This document shows, one piece after another, positions 45,756 through 59,150 of a stretch of DNA of 64,000 nt. Numbering within the stretch: the stretch's first letter is position 1; the number at the start of each line of letters is the position of its first letter. The notes below the pieces were generated by a model. That model was not told where the DNA came from, ran no database searches, and was given only the letters and a program-made list of their open reading frames with translations. Source of the DNA: Penicillus capitatus (taxonomy: Eukaryota; Plantae; Chlorophyta); contig OZ287705.1 of NCBI GenBank assembly GCA_965649825.1, positions 569,978 through 633,977 of the forward strand, read 5' to 3'. A program made the translations under genes and the position numbers.

Positions 45756-48700
45756 ATGAGACTACCGCCCTGGGTGCTGCTGTGCTTCGCGGCTCTGTTG
45801 CTCTTGCTGCCGCAGATCCGCGGAAGAGGTAAGACCGCCCGCGCCTTCCTTTGCCATCATTACGGACACGGTCGTTTGCTTGCAGATGCGAGTCCGTCGA
45901 GGGCTCTGTTTCAGAACCGCGCTTCCAAAGAGTCCATTGCTGCGACGGAAGGCGAGCTCCAGAGTCTCTTGGCGAGCCGTGAATACAACCATCGAATCTT
46001 CGTCGACGCACCGGAGATCGCACTGACGGAGAGTCTTCGCGTCGACGGCACTAGATGGGTCTCCATCGTGGGAGACAGACAGACAGCCACAACCATACGG
46101 TGCACGAAGAACAGCACTGGCACCGCTTTGGTCATCAGGTGCGATCACCCCTTCCATCGCGTATCCACTGACGGAAATGATGTGACCCGGCAGGCGAGCG
46201 CATGTGCAGCTCACTCGCTTGCGCTTTGTCGGTTGCGACAACTCGGCCGTCGTCGTGGAACCTGATGCCTTTATGTCCGGAGAAGAAAGGCAGAGGGTGG
46301 ATTTCGACCAGGTCGAGTTCTCCAAGAACGGGCGGGTTAAGGACAGAACGTCTGGAGCGGCCGTGAACGCTCGTCGCTGCCCCGAGCAGCCCTGTCGTCG
46401 CCTCTCCCTTCGTTTCCTGCAGTGTCAGTTCGTCGACAACCGAGGATCGGACGGCGGGGCGATCTTTGCCGAGGACGCAGACGTCGAAATCAGGAAGTCC
46501 ACGTTTGAAGGCAACGAAGCAACCGGCGCCGGCGGAGCCATCTACACGAACAATGGCAGAACCGCTGCGCTGACAATCGAGGACTCGGAGTTCGCGAAGA
46601 ACAAGGCCTGGGGATCCGAAGAGCTCGAGGCTGCGGCGTGCAGGTCTGTCCTCACATCCAACGTAATCGAACTGGCCAGAGGAACGGGTGGCGCCATCTT
46701 CGCATACACTCCTACCTCCGTTGACATCCTAGCCTCGACTTTCGTGCAGAACACCGGATGCAGCGGCGGCGGGGCGATCGCGGTGCTGCAGATGGATTTC
46801 GGCTCGGAAGAGAACTCTCGTCCAGCCTCCTTCTCTGTGACGGACTCCATCTTCCAGGACAACGCCGCCTACTGCGGATCGCAGCGAAATGCCATGGATT
46901 TTATGTACTACAATCGCGGCTGCTCCAAGGGCGGCGCTCTGGTCTACGAGGCCCTTGACGAGTCGCCAGCCTCGTGGACGTTCAGAAATTCCACTTTCCT
47001 CGGGAACAGAGCCATCGTCGGAGGAGCCATGCACCTTACGGGCCTCGGCAGTTCGGTCGCAGAGCACAAGGTCGTCTCCTGCGATTTCGACGAGAACACG
47101 GCGATCCGATCTGGAGGAGCCATGTACCTGAAGGAGGTCAGAATGACGATCGCAAGCTCGACGTTCGCAAATGGCAGGGCCTTCTACGGTGGTCACATAC
47201 TGATGATCGGACCAACACATCTGAGAACGGAGCGCGACCCCAACAAGCCCGAAGCGCATACCGTTCTCGCAGACGCGGTCGCTTATTTCGGCGGCGCCGT
47301 GCTGACCACCAACGAAGGTTCTCTGTTTGATCTGGCAGTTGCCTCTGCCACTGCATCGTGTCTGTTCGCAGGTTCGTTCGATCTCTCTGCGTTGGTCGTC
47401 CGAAACAACATCGCTTACGGGAGCGGCGGCGGGTTTTCCGTAAGAGATGCTTCGCTGACTCCCGTGTTTCGCGATGTGCTGATCGAGAATAACTCCGCCA
47501 TTCTGGGTGGAGGAATCGAGATTGTCTCGTCGCCTAACATCACGTTTGATCCGAGCGTCGGAACGTCGACCATCATACGGAACAACACGGCGGCGGTGGG
47601 AGGCGGAATTCGATACTTAATAGGACGCTTCTGGTTTTCCGGCGTAAAGGCAAGTCGAGCTCAGTTTCAGACGCAAGACATCGAGGCCTTCGTGCTTGCA
47701 GATGAAACGCGTCAGTCTCATTGGCAACAGGGCGTTGCGGATGGACTCACCAGAGATGCAGAGGATCATCGAAGACAGAAGACACTACGTTCCCTCTTTC
47801 ACAGACGACGTGCGATTCCCGGACTTCGACGAAGTGCTCGGCCACCTGAGTGCGCTGAGATTCTACACAAAGACAGAAGAAGGCAACGGAGGCGGCTTCA
47901 ATCTGGAACTCGAAGACGTTGCGCCCAACGACATCGTAGAGATCGTCTTCCAGGATGTGCTGTTCGAAGACAACGAGGCCGTTGTCGGAGGTATGAGCAG
48001 ACGGGTCTCGAATTCTCCTTACTCGACGGCGCAGGTGGCATGTCGGCGCACATGAAAGACTTCTACTGGAACAGGTCGAACAAGACGTCGTGTTTTCCTG
48101 CCCTGTTTGGCGCCGCCGCCTGTCAGAGATTCTCGTTCCACAACGTCACTGTGGTGCAAAACAGAGCAGAGTACGCTGGCGGCATCTTCTGCAGTATCCC
48201 GAACTGTATCGCGTTCTCGTGCAGCCCGACAAACCAGACCAAGCTCGTCATTTCGGAGTTGAATACTGCAGCCATATCGAGGGGAGTGATACAGTCGTAT
48301 TGCTCTGATGTGCACTTGAATGAAGGTCTTGGCAGAGTCAACGGCGAGGGGGCCAACGGAGGCAGCAAGGCGGTGTATCTGTCAGTGGTCGGACACGAAG
48401 GTCCACTGAAGACTGTCGCGAGCGGCGAGAAGCTGGCCATCCCGTGCGAAGACGAACGAAACGCTTCCTGTGCTTCGGAGCTTCGCATCGCCATCAAAGA
48501 CATGTTCGATCAGACGATCACCCGTGGCATCGCCGACGCCAATCTGACCCTGGCTCTCATCTCCGAGGCCATTACGGGAGGACTGAGATACACAGCTGTG
48601 AAGGGAGTCGCCACGATCGACAGCACCTTCGCCTGGGGCATCGGCGTCGAGGACACGCTGACGATAGTCAGCGAGCACGATCCAAAGATCCGTCTGGACA

Positions 48701-50958
48701 TCCCGTTCTCGACGAGAGAATGTTTTCCCGGAGAGACGACAGTGGGCAAGGAGTGCAGCAGGTGTCCTCAAGAGTTCTACGGATTCGACCCATCACTGCC
48801 GTGCCTGCCGTGTGAGAGCGGCGCCGAGTGCGGCGGCGGCGCAGCGATGGTCCCTGAGGACGGTCAGTGGCACTCCAATCCGTTCTCCCCTGCGTTCAGG
48901 AAGTGCATCAAGGCGACTGCCTGCGCGTACAGTGACAGGAAGCAAAAGCTGGAGGCGTTCCACGATGACTCCGCCAGAGTCCAGGAGGCGCTGCGAGATC
49001 TGCAGCGAGACAGTGGAGAAGCAGGATGGACAGCAGGCTCCGCGGACTATCCAGTGTGCAGCGAGGGTTACCGAGGGTTCCTGTGTGGATCCTGTGCATC
49101 TGGATACGGCCACTCGTACACGGGAGATTGCGAGAAGTGTCCGAGCAGAGACTCCTCAGCCGTTCTATTCTTTCTGAGTTCTCTTTGGCTCTTCGTCATC
49201 ATCGGCATCAACAGCGCCATCACAGTGACTTCCATGCGTTCCACCGTCGAGCGCGTGAACTACGAGAGGAGCTCGACACTGCGAGACAGACGCACTCTCT
49301 TTCGACGTATGGGCCATATTCAAAGAGCAGAGGCAGTCATGCCTCGCCGAACATCTCTTTCGAAAGGTACTTCATGACATGATCATCATCATCATTTGAG
49401 AGGGTCTATCTGTGTCTCGTAGCAAATCTCGACCCGGCCGATGACACTGTCGCCGGCGATCCTGTCCTCCTTGCGAAGAGCCTCGTGGCGACTGGTCAGC
49501 TGAGTGAGATGCTCAAGGTTCGAGTCATTCATGTGGTCATCTTGGTTTGATTCTTGTCATCCAGATCCTCATCAACTACCTGCAGATCACCAGCGTGGCA
49601 CTCAGAGTGCACGTGGAATGGAAATCGTACCTGAAGATGTTTCTCGAAGCCGAAGGTTCGTCATCTCTGACAGGCGAAGATGATGATTGTGTTTGTCTGT
49701 ATGTGCAGCTATACTGTCGGGACTCTCCACCTCGGCGACCTCTGACGATGTGGAATGCAGTTTCCAGCATAGCGAAATTCCAGCATCTATCGCCGCCACC
49801 TGGACTCAGCTCTCTATTCCTTGGATCGTGATGACTGCGCTGCTGCTGACGTGCACATTTGCATGCCTCGCAATGAAGATCAAGTCGCTACTCTCCAGCT
49901 CCTCCCAGTCGACCACGCACGTAAGTCTCGTTCGCTCCACAACATACGTCATCGCCATTCTGATCGTCTCTGTATACTTCTTCTTCCTCGACGCCGTGAG
50001 AGAGCTGCTGGGGACAGTCAACTGCATCAGAGTCGACGATCTGCGTCTGAATAACCATCCATACGCGCAGTACTCCACAGAGGCCGTCAACAGACTGGTG
50101 TGGACAGTGGATACCGAGGTCACCTGCTTCCAGGGCGCACATCTGCCGCTCGGCGTCGTCGGATTCGTGGGACTCGCCCTCGCCTTCCTCTTCGTCCTGC
50201 TGATCGTCGTCTGGGTGCCTCTCAACCGAAGACACGCAGACGACCCAGAGTTCATCGCCCGCTACTGGTTCGTGTACCAGGCCTACGGAGAGGAGTGGTA
50301 CAGGAGATCGTGGGAATCGGTCATCCTCACCCGAAAGGCACTGATTGCCGCCGTGGTGTCCTTCTCTGTGCACCTCAGCCTCGTGCTGCAGGCGACCATG
50401 TGCACAGGGATCCTGACAATCGCCGCCATCCTCCAAGCCCTCTTCCTCCCGTTCAAGACTCCAGAGACCGGACAGAACGTCCCAGACTACGCAGGTGGGC
50501 TGCTGCGCTCGATGCATCTGCCGAAACTGCGAAGCGCATGGATCGCCTTCAACAACGCCGTCGATCTGAACCTCCTGGAGATCATGTCCCTGGCCTCCTC
50601 TATTTCTGTATTCTATTCTGCCATCGTCTCAGTCGATCTCACTTCTAGTGATCCTGGCAGCACGGCGATGTTTTCATTCGCCTTTACCTTAAACATTCTT
50701 TTCTTGCTTTATGTTCTGTATCGCATGTATGCTGGTGTCCACGTGTTGCTCGACCTGAAGCTCGAGCTCGTCAGTCCTGCTTTCTTTGGTACGTATGAAA
50801 ACGGGATGAGTCTGTTTTCTTTTCTGACGAAGATTCGAGTCATTGTTTCTGAATGTATGAAGAAAGACGATGCAGGCACTTCTGCCGGAGGATACAAGAA
50901 TTCTCCAATCATCGAAGAATCTGCCTCAGCAGAGGCGCATGACACGGAATCCATCTGA
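45756..50958 (+). CDS. Large surface receptor/channel-like protein: signal peptide, ~14 Pmp-like GGA(I/V)/FxxN beta-helix repeats, Cys-rich stalk, ~9 TM helices
   Basis: MRLPPWVLLCFAALLLLLPQIRG; repeats FVDNRGSDGGAIF, FEGNEATGAGGAIY, FLGNRAIVGGAMH etc.; CFPGE..CSRCPQEFY..CLPCESGAECGG, CSEGYRGFLCGSCASGYG..CEKCP; TM region with KILINYLQITS and RYWFVYQAY...WESVILTRKALI. Splices in frame, including a GC-AG intron at 47650-47701. Confidence 0.85.
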
Positions 50959-52174
50959 CTGACAGTAACCAAGATATAGTCCGGCATCTGTCGCCGGTCG
51001 CTTTCCTTTCTTTCCAGATGGATGCATCAGTCAGTTTCTCTATCGATTCACGCAGAGGATTAGTTTTTGCGATTCTTTGTTTGAGTAGCCTTTAGAGCTG
51101 CCAAACCAGCAGTCCGTTTTGGCTGTTAACGGGGGTTCTCCGTCGGGGGCATCTGAAACCTCAATGCTACAGGATGGGATGGTAACTTCTTTGGTAAGCC
51201 ATGATTCTATAACGTGGCTTTGGATGCGCTATCTTTAATCTGCCTGTGTGACTTCAATAAGATGCATCATTGTCTATGGTTTGATATGACAGTGTTGAGC
51301 AAGTGTTTGTTGACGTTGCGTACCATCCCCTTCGCGAATCTCATTCTAGAGCATCTTAACTCACCTTTGCAGACGCATTCGTTTCGGGAATCCGAGTCTG
51401 GCATCTGACGGCGTCACTGCCAGCGACGGTAGATGAAACAGAGGAGACATTACACACGCTCTGCGATTTCTGTTCGTTGCGACAGCGAACACAATATTCC
51501 GTGAACCGGCTCACACACGGTTGCCGTCGTTATCCGTAGATGATCTCTAGAGCTTCGAGTTGCGTCGGCGGATGGCAGAATCTGTCATCTCTGCGGCGTT
51601 TGCATTGCACTTCGAGACAGTAGAACGATCGGCCAAGCTGCACGGAATGATCTGTCGCTTCTTTCACGGGATCAAGATTGCCTGGATGCATAAGCGTAAC
51701 GCCTCTGTTTCTCCGAACCGACGATTGGACAATCTGTGAACGCGACAGAACCTTTCGCGAACGGAGAGTTGGAGATGTTGATGAGGTCGTGGGTCACTTC
51801 ACTCCATCACTGTATTCGATTCGCGCGAGGCATACGGTAGATGAAGTCGCTCTTTTCGCACGAAACAGGCCGAAATGATAACATTGAGTCCAACTTGACT
51901 GGATTTGACATACATAATCGAAGAATCGGTCATTCCCTTGGCCATAATCAAATAGAGCTTGTCGAATTTGTTGATTCGTGATCGACATTCGACGAAGCTC
52001 GGAAACTGTAGAGACAGCACATGCAAATCTGACTTCGCTGGCATGAGAAACAATGAACCCGCCAATCGGGTTTCCGTCCTCATATGGGACAAACTGTAAA
52101 ACGTCGACAATCCACCGTCTGATTGCAAAGTTCAGAACGGACGGATACTTGATAGAAAAAACGATTGCATATGT

Positions 52175-54322
52175 TTAGAGAAGCAAGTCTGTGCTCTCGC
52201 TTCTGCGCAGCTTGTGTGGGTCGTCGTCATCCAGATCGTTTGCCACGTTCATCCCTCCCGCATAGCTCTTGCGTCTGCGCAGTTTCGAGAAGTCCGTCTT
52301 GTCAGATGCATCGACGACGAATATCTCGACGGCACTCTTGCATCGGCGCAGTCTGGAAGGTGCCTTGTCCAACACCTCCTCGATGACGATCTGCTGCACG
52401 TCTTCGTCGAACGCTAGCCTCTCAGTCGTCTTCCTGACAGCCGTCTCTGAGGGTGGCAGCTCTCTGGCGAGCATGGCGCTCTTGCATCGGCGCATCCCCA
52501 GACTCTTCCTTTCGTCCGAGGTGTCCTGCATGATGATCCGATGGACTATCTCTCGACACACCGGGCACCTGATCGCCTTGCCACTGCGCAGGTTTTCCTT
52601 GAGCGCGACCAGCGCACAAGCATCGCAGTAGCACTTGTGTCTCCTGACGAAGCAAGATGCGAGATTGGAATGGATGCTAGAGATTGATTGCTCTTACGTG
52701 TTGTCTCCGTGGACGGCAGAGCATGTGGGCACTACTGCTTCTGCTTCTGCTTCAGAATCTGTCGCCTTGGACGATGCACCTTTGCTCTTCTTCGAGCGAT
52801 CTCCCGACTTTTTGACATCTTCCTTCGCCTTAGGAGCAGAAATGTTAGTTTTCTTTTTAGTGCCTGCTGCCTTGGAGGTTTCTCCCTTTGCCTCCGCGGT
52901 TGAAGTTTTCGTCTTCTGTGTTTCGTCTTCTGCCTCGTTTGCGTTTTCCTTTATCTCAGAGGCCGAACCTCTAGTCTTCTGTGTGCTATCTTTCGACTTG
53001 CAAGCTGCTTTCTTTGCCGTGGAGGACGAGCCTTTGGTCTTCTTCGTACGTTGTGCTGCCTTGCTGGCCTGCTTTGCCTTACACGGCAAGCATTCTTTGA
53101 TCTCTGTTTCGACAATTCTTGGTTTCCAGGGAGCGGCGTTCATGATGACGCGATCGACTTGCTTGCGACAGAATGGGAAAGGACACACGCGCGTCTCCCG
53201 GGCCTTGAACTTCCTCACAATCTTCTTGTTGCTCTTAATGCAGTAACACAGATGTCTGCTACAGTAAATGCCGCAGTACTACACAATTCGCCGAACGAAT
53301 AAAGACGCACCTGCTTTCATGATCGATGTCTTGGGTCGTCGGGCAGAATGGACATTGTTTATCCCAGGAGAACGTTGCACTCTCACATCTGTGCAGCAGC
53401 GGGACACGTCGCAGAGTCCATGTGTCCTCGACGACTGTCTGATCGGATGGCGCTTGTTGGACTGGAATGCCGACTGCAGTAGAGGCCGAGAGAGCTTTCT
53501 CTAACTTATGAAAAGCAGCCTTTGTTTTTTCGTATGTACTCTTTCTTGAGTCTCCCCTCTGCGTGTTCTGCTTGCCTTTAGCAATTGCCCGATTTATCGA
53601 CTCTTGCTGACCTGGGACCTTGGCTCCTTGAACAGCCGGAGTTTCCTTAAGCAGCTTTCTGATAGTATGCAATGCTTCAAAGTATCTGTCCCGCGCTAAG
53701 CCCTTCTGCGCGTTCCTTGCGCCTTCAGCAACGGTCTGATTCGGCGGGTCTCGCTGTACTGGGACCACAACTCTACGCATGCCAAGAATCTCCTCTTCCA
53801 GCTCCTCTCGAACTGTCTCTGCGCTCTTGCATCTGCGCAGAGCGGGGACGCGCTCATCGTCAGCAGCATCCTTGACGACGATGCGGTCCGCCTCTCTCTG
53901 ACACACTGGGCACTTGAGCTTGCACTTCTTCGCAAGCTCCTTCGCAAATTCTTTGCATGCGCAGACCTGGCAGTAACATACGTGCTCCCTGAACATTAAT
54001 GTATGCAAAAAATCATCAAGCGTTTGTGTGATCGAACATTCGTGGATCCGTGCAGCACTGAGCAGGTTGGATTGTCAGCACCGCACACATGGCATTTCGA
54101 TGTCGTCTTCTGAACAGGCGATATCTTCTTTGAGCACGCCGTTTTGACGACGCAGTCCTGAATGACTCTACCCCTCAGTCTCCTGGAAAGCTCTTTGCCA
54201 CATTCCGTGCAGTAGCAGAGGTGTTTCCTGACACAGCCAGACATGCGGCAGAACGCGTGATGGTGACAGCACTACGTGTTGCCATGTCTGACGGCGCAGG
54301 TGGGGTCGATGAGGCATGTAGG
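52175..54322 (-). CDS. C-terminal part of MATH-RING gene: four further RING-like (C3HC4) units, Lys-rich linker, repeated LRRxxS tail
   Basis: Units PTCLIDPTCAVRHGNT|KHLCYCTEC, KCHVCGADNPTCSVLHG|EHVCYCQVC..CPVC, QCPFC..|RHLCYC..CPFPFC and PTCSAVHGDNT|RHKCYCDAC..CPVC. In frame with the upstream part except for the TGA at 54325-54323. Confidence 0.7.
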
Positions 54323-57300
54323 TCATCGTTCGAAGTATGGACCGTCGTTCATGATGACTCTCTCCACCAGCTGCTCACACACAGGGCACTTGATCTCCTG
54401 TCCATCAAGCAGCGGCTCCTTTAGCTTTTTGGCGCATTTAGTGCAGTAGCACAAGTGTTTTCTGGCAATGGGGCATTAGTGGATTGTTAAGGAGGAGGGA
54501 GTGTCTTACGTGTTGCCGTGACGCACGGAGCACGTTGGATCGATTCGGCAATACCCGCACTGCGGCACGCGATCGACATCGAGGAGGGTGACTCTAACAG
54601 TCAATGTGATCCAGCCCCTTTCCAGGAATCCGAGTGACTCGTCCACCAACTGGTTCCTAGTTAAGAACTTGTGAAATCCCCAAGTGCTGTTTGCTCTGAT
54701 GGTCTCGGTGAATGCTACAGAATCCATTCAGCGATGAAAGTTCACTGAAGAGTGTGCTGACTTTCAACTTTGTCTTCAGAGGTCCACTTGGCCGACTTGC
54801 GATTCGAGGCGCGGAACTCAGTTCTCACGCGGACAGAGTGATTTTGGCAATTCCGGAGGTATAGACCGATGTTGTCGGAGTTCGACGAGTTTCCCTTCGG
54901 CGCAACTGACAAACGCCTGCAAAGACAAACGAGCATTCAATTCGCAGAGTGTAGAGTCAGATGATGTAGCTGCACCACTCGGTTTCTCTGATGTTGAAGA
55001 TCTCGGACCGCAATCGTGATGGACACAGATATGGCAGTCCCTTCAGCTTCCACTGCAGACGTCAAACATCGATGCGTGTCGAAGGAGAAGTCGAACTTAC
55101 AGTGCATGTGGCCGTCTTTCGCTTAACGGAAACTGTCCAGCGCTCATTGTCCTGGAGCTTGAGCCTAATCTCTGCACGCACCAGGAAGAAATCCTTCTTT
55201 ACCTTCTCCAAAAATCCCTCAGTCGGATTGTTCACTCTCGCAGCAGGGCAGAGGGAGAACCCTTCACTGTCGTTGCACACAGCGGGAAAAATCTCTGTGA
55301 CGCCTCCTTCGAATAGAATAACAGTCTTTAGATAGACCACCATCTCCAGCGGATCCATCACCTGCGACCTTACTCTCGTGATATTCTTCGTTCACGATGG
55401 TAAAACAGCAATGAGTGGGTGCCCGAGTGACGCCTTCATTATACAGGTAAGCATCCAGGGAGCCATGATATGTGTGCTGGAACTTCACACTCCTATAAAC
55501 GCAAACCGTCTTCAGGCAGGTCGTCGGCTGTTGTGGATCTAACCATTCTCTGCCGTCCAGATCGAACGTGTTAGTGCTAAAGGATCTCTCTCTCTAGCAG
55601 AAAACTTCGAGGTACTCTACACTGTTAAGGAGAAGACACAGATCACGATGCAACAGAGGTGATGGTTTGGCAGAACAGACCTCGTATGTGGCGTAGTACT
55701 TGTACTTGTTCAGGACGAAAGTGTAAGGAATGCCCCCGGATTGTCCACTTCCCTCTGCACTCAGTGACCATCGAAGCAGAAAGTAATCGTTCAAGGACAG
55801 ACCTTCGACGTGCATCAGTTCGCGAGAGTCGGGCTCCTCCCATCGATGAGGCTCTCGATCGAGATGTCTTGATATGCGCCTCATCTCCTCATCGAACTCT
55901 TTTTCATCGAACAGCTTTATCTTGATCTCGAAGATCATCCAGCCATCACTGACAAACTCCGAGGCTTCGTCCAGCTGACTTGGAGTGGACATGTTGGCTA
56001 TCCATACTACATCGTTCCGACGGATTACACGATGACAGCCTAAACGGCACCTGTCGATGAGAGACACGGGAGATGAAGTTACTCTTCAATCTGACTCTGG
56101 CGGAGTCGACATGACGGACACGGTCGATCTCCACGAACATTCGAACGAGGTCTTCTGCGCTCTGTTTTTGAATGGTGATGAATGGAAGACTCGAACCAGT
56201 TCTACCGTTGGCCCAGAAGAACAGTTGCCTATTCACAAAGAAACTTCAAACGGGCGCTGTGATACTCGAGAGACACTCACAGTGCCGAGTCTCCAATTCT
56301 GATGGATCTGGTTGCAACGCGCCATGGACTCATGCCTTCCAGGAATCTCGACTTCCACTAGAATCCAGCTTAAGAGCAGGACAATGCATCAAACATAAAG
56401 GATACCTGGCAGGTTGCCGTCTTCCCGTTCAGAGTGACTTCACATGACTCGTTGTCTTCCTGTTTCACTCTCATATCCAGATGAAGAAGAAAATGGTCAT
56501 CTCTCAGGAATCCATTATCTGGCGACGCTATTTCGATGCACGGAAGAAGTTTGTCTTCGGAGCAGTCGTCGATGAACGAGAACTCATGAAGATGTCCTAT
56601 CGAACATCTCTCAACTTCGAAGAATGTACAAATTCTGTCTCCTTTACCGGTGCGTTTACTGTGTTCACTTTTCGAATTCACTAGCTCAAATCCAAACTGC
56701 ACCTCCACTGGAGTCTCGTTCTTCGATAAAAAGCAAGCAGAGAGATATCCGTCTTCATCGCGTTTCATTCCAAGACACCTGGAACACTCAAGTCATCAGC
56801 AGAACGAAAGAGTGTTTTCTGTATACCAGAGTCGGTCTTCTACCTCGAACGCGTTTGTGAAGATCTGTCCGCTCTCTTGATCCAGGAAGGATCGATGCAC
56901 AAACCACTGTTCGAACACAAACGGCCATCTTAGTCTCAGATGGAGGTCTTGGATCTCTCACTTCGTAGCGTGCAAACCACTTGTTTGTTGTCAGCCTGTA
57001 GCAACGGTCGATTTCGTCGATCCGTCCAACGCCCTCTATCAAAGGCGATCCAGAGTGATTGTAGTTCTCAGAAACAAATCGGTTGGTACCTTGATGTCGG
57101 ACTTCAGTGCGATTATCGATCTTGGGAAGACAATGCGTCGGAAGTTCTCTAAGAACTCGCGGGAGTGCGTTTCTTAAATGCTCGCGGCTGACCAGGGTAA
57201 TCTTTATGGAAAGGTTCAACCAGCCGTCATCCACGGCCGAAGAAAGGTCGTCCGACAAAGCCTCCTCCTTGAGGAATCGCACCCATCCCTTAGCGGCACC

Positions 57301-59150
57301 AACATTAATCTCCTCCACAAACTCTGAACAGAGAGGTTGGAAAAAACCGATAACGGCGTGAAGAACTTGAGATGCTGAGGCCTTCGAAGCAGTCACTCTC
57401 CAATATGTTGTTGTCTGCAAAAAGATCACTTCTTGCGAGGCAGATTTCACCCTTAAAGCAAGCATTCCTGCCGCTCATGTTCGCAATAAGAACGCTCAGA
57501 CCATCAGCACCGAAAACTCCTTTCTCCTTGCATAGCCTCAACTCTCTGTACAGCATACATGAGATAGATTGTCATCGAGCGAAGGCTGTGTTCTCCGCAA
57601 CGCACATGTCGTGGCCAGGGATTTTGAACTGATCAGTTCTCAGGATAGATGGACTCAGCTCCCAGGCGTGTTTGATGTTCCACTACGTCATCCACTTTTT
57701 GGAGGTAGGAAGGTTTTGTTAATACTTACTTCGCAGAACACTGATCTCTCTCGGATCACTAGCATTCTTCGACGAATGACACATCTGGCAGATTCGTTAT
57801 TTGGACTCCTTATCCTCAGTTCTAATCGCAGCGTGAAGCAATCTTCTGTTAGGTATCCAAGTGAAGTATCCTCTGTGGCCGATGCCATGCGGAAGAAATC
57901 GACCGCCTGATGATTACTACCACGGCCCCGACGATCGAAGAACTTCGCTGTAAGACCACACGTCTGTGCAATGTATCAGATGAGGTTATGCAAACATACC
58001 TCTGACCAGATTCTTCCTTTTTTCGTCACGGTTCTGAAACGGGAATACAACGACTCGCGCGTCGCGGTCAGCGCGAACGCGCAGCGTCGGACGGAAGAGA
58101 CAAGCCTGAGCAAATGCAAAATGCTACAGGTGAGGCGATGCGTCAGCTTAAGTACCCTCGGTCCCCGCGGACTGCCGTCCCATCAGGAAGCGGACAGCCT
58201 GTCCGGTCCGCGGGGCCGCAACCGTTAACGCGCACCCGTCAGTTCACAAGAGTAAACGAATAGTGAGCTTGAAGAGGTAAAGTCGCCCGCGAATGCAAAC
58301 TGACGAGCAATCTCTTCTCGCCCAGATGCTCGGCGAAGATCCTCCTGTCCAGAGTAAAACGAATAAGGGCCGCTAGTCGTTGCGCTCGACCTTACCATCT
58401 CTCGTCGCCGACAGTGAAAGTGTTCGACGCTACACTTTGATTCTCCTTGTCAAGTATAGAGCGGTGCACGCGCCACTGCAACAGAGATGAGGGTTGAGAT
58501 TCTGACAGCACGAATGGAGACGTTTACTTCGTAGACCCCGTACCACAGGTGTGTGCTCAGAGTGTAGGAGTACTCGACTCCATTTGACGACCCGCGTCCC
58601 TCTGCTGCACCGATGCGGGAACCGTAAGTGGAAGAAAGACGAACCTGTAACTTGCATGACGGGACGCTGGAAATCGTTTGAGAGACTGAGCAAACGGAGC
58701 GGTGAAGCTGGCGTTGAGCAATCGAAAGAAATCCGGTGTTCGTGAAAACTCGCCGAGAAACCTTCTTCGACGCGTTTATATATCTAGAATGTTGATGTGA
58801 CGCACCGTCCGCTTGCTTCTGCCACGAACCGATGCCAACGAGGACGGGGATCTTCATAGAAGCGCGAATGGCAGCAAAGAGGAAGCGATATGGAGCGAAT
58901 GCGGGCAGAGAATAGCTCTGGAGTGCCTTCCGATAAAGGCACAGCACTCTGTGCAAACCAGAACAGCATTCGATCCATCGTCGTTCTAACCAAAGATGTT
59001 TGACCTTTCGAAAGCACGAGAGAGTCGTTCGTTGTACAAGGACAGACGTTCTCAGAGTTCCAGAAGGTTGTCTGCGTGTGCACTCTAGGTTGGCGGCGCA
59101 TCTGGCACATCCCAGTGTCTGCGACTGATCGTTGCCGCGTAACCAATCTC
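54323..59150 (-). CDS. Tandem MATH/TRAF-domain (>=6) plus RING E3-ligase-like gene; 5' part possibly decayed
   Basis: MATH N-termini WRVHRSILD, WNIKHAWEL, WFVHRSFLD, WKSRFLEG, LLRWSLSAE and WKLKGLPYL; C-termini such as WGFHKFLTRNQLVDESLGFLERGWITLTVRVTL and GYLTEDCFTLRLEL. RING CGYCRIDPTCSVRHGNT|KHLCYCTKC..CPVC. The start was not located, and lesions are likely around 58100-58250. Confidence 0.75.

Noticed and set aside
45756-50958. Bacterial (chlamydial Pmp) contamination or recent horizontal transfer
   Set aside because: The gene has spliceosomal introns like its neighbours, no autotransporter barrel, and a eukaryotic multi-pass C-terminus.
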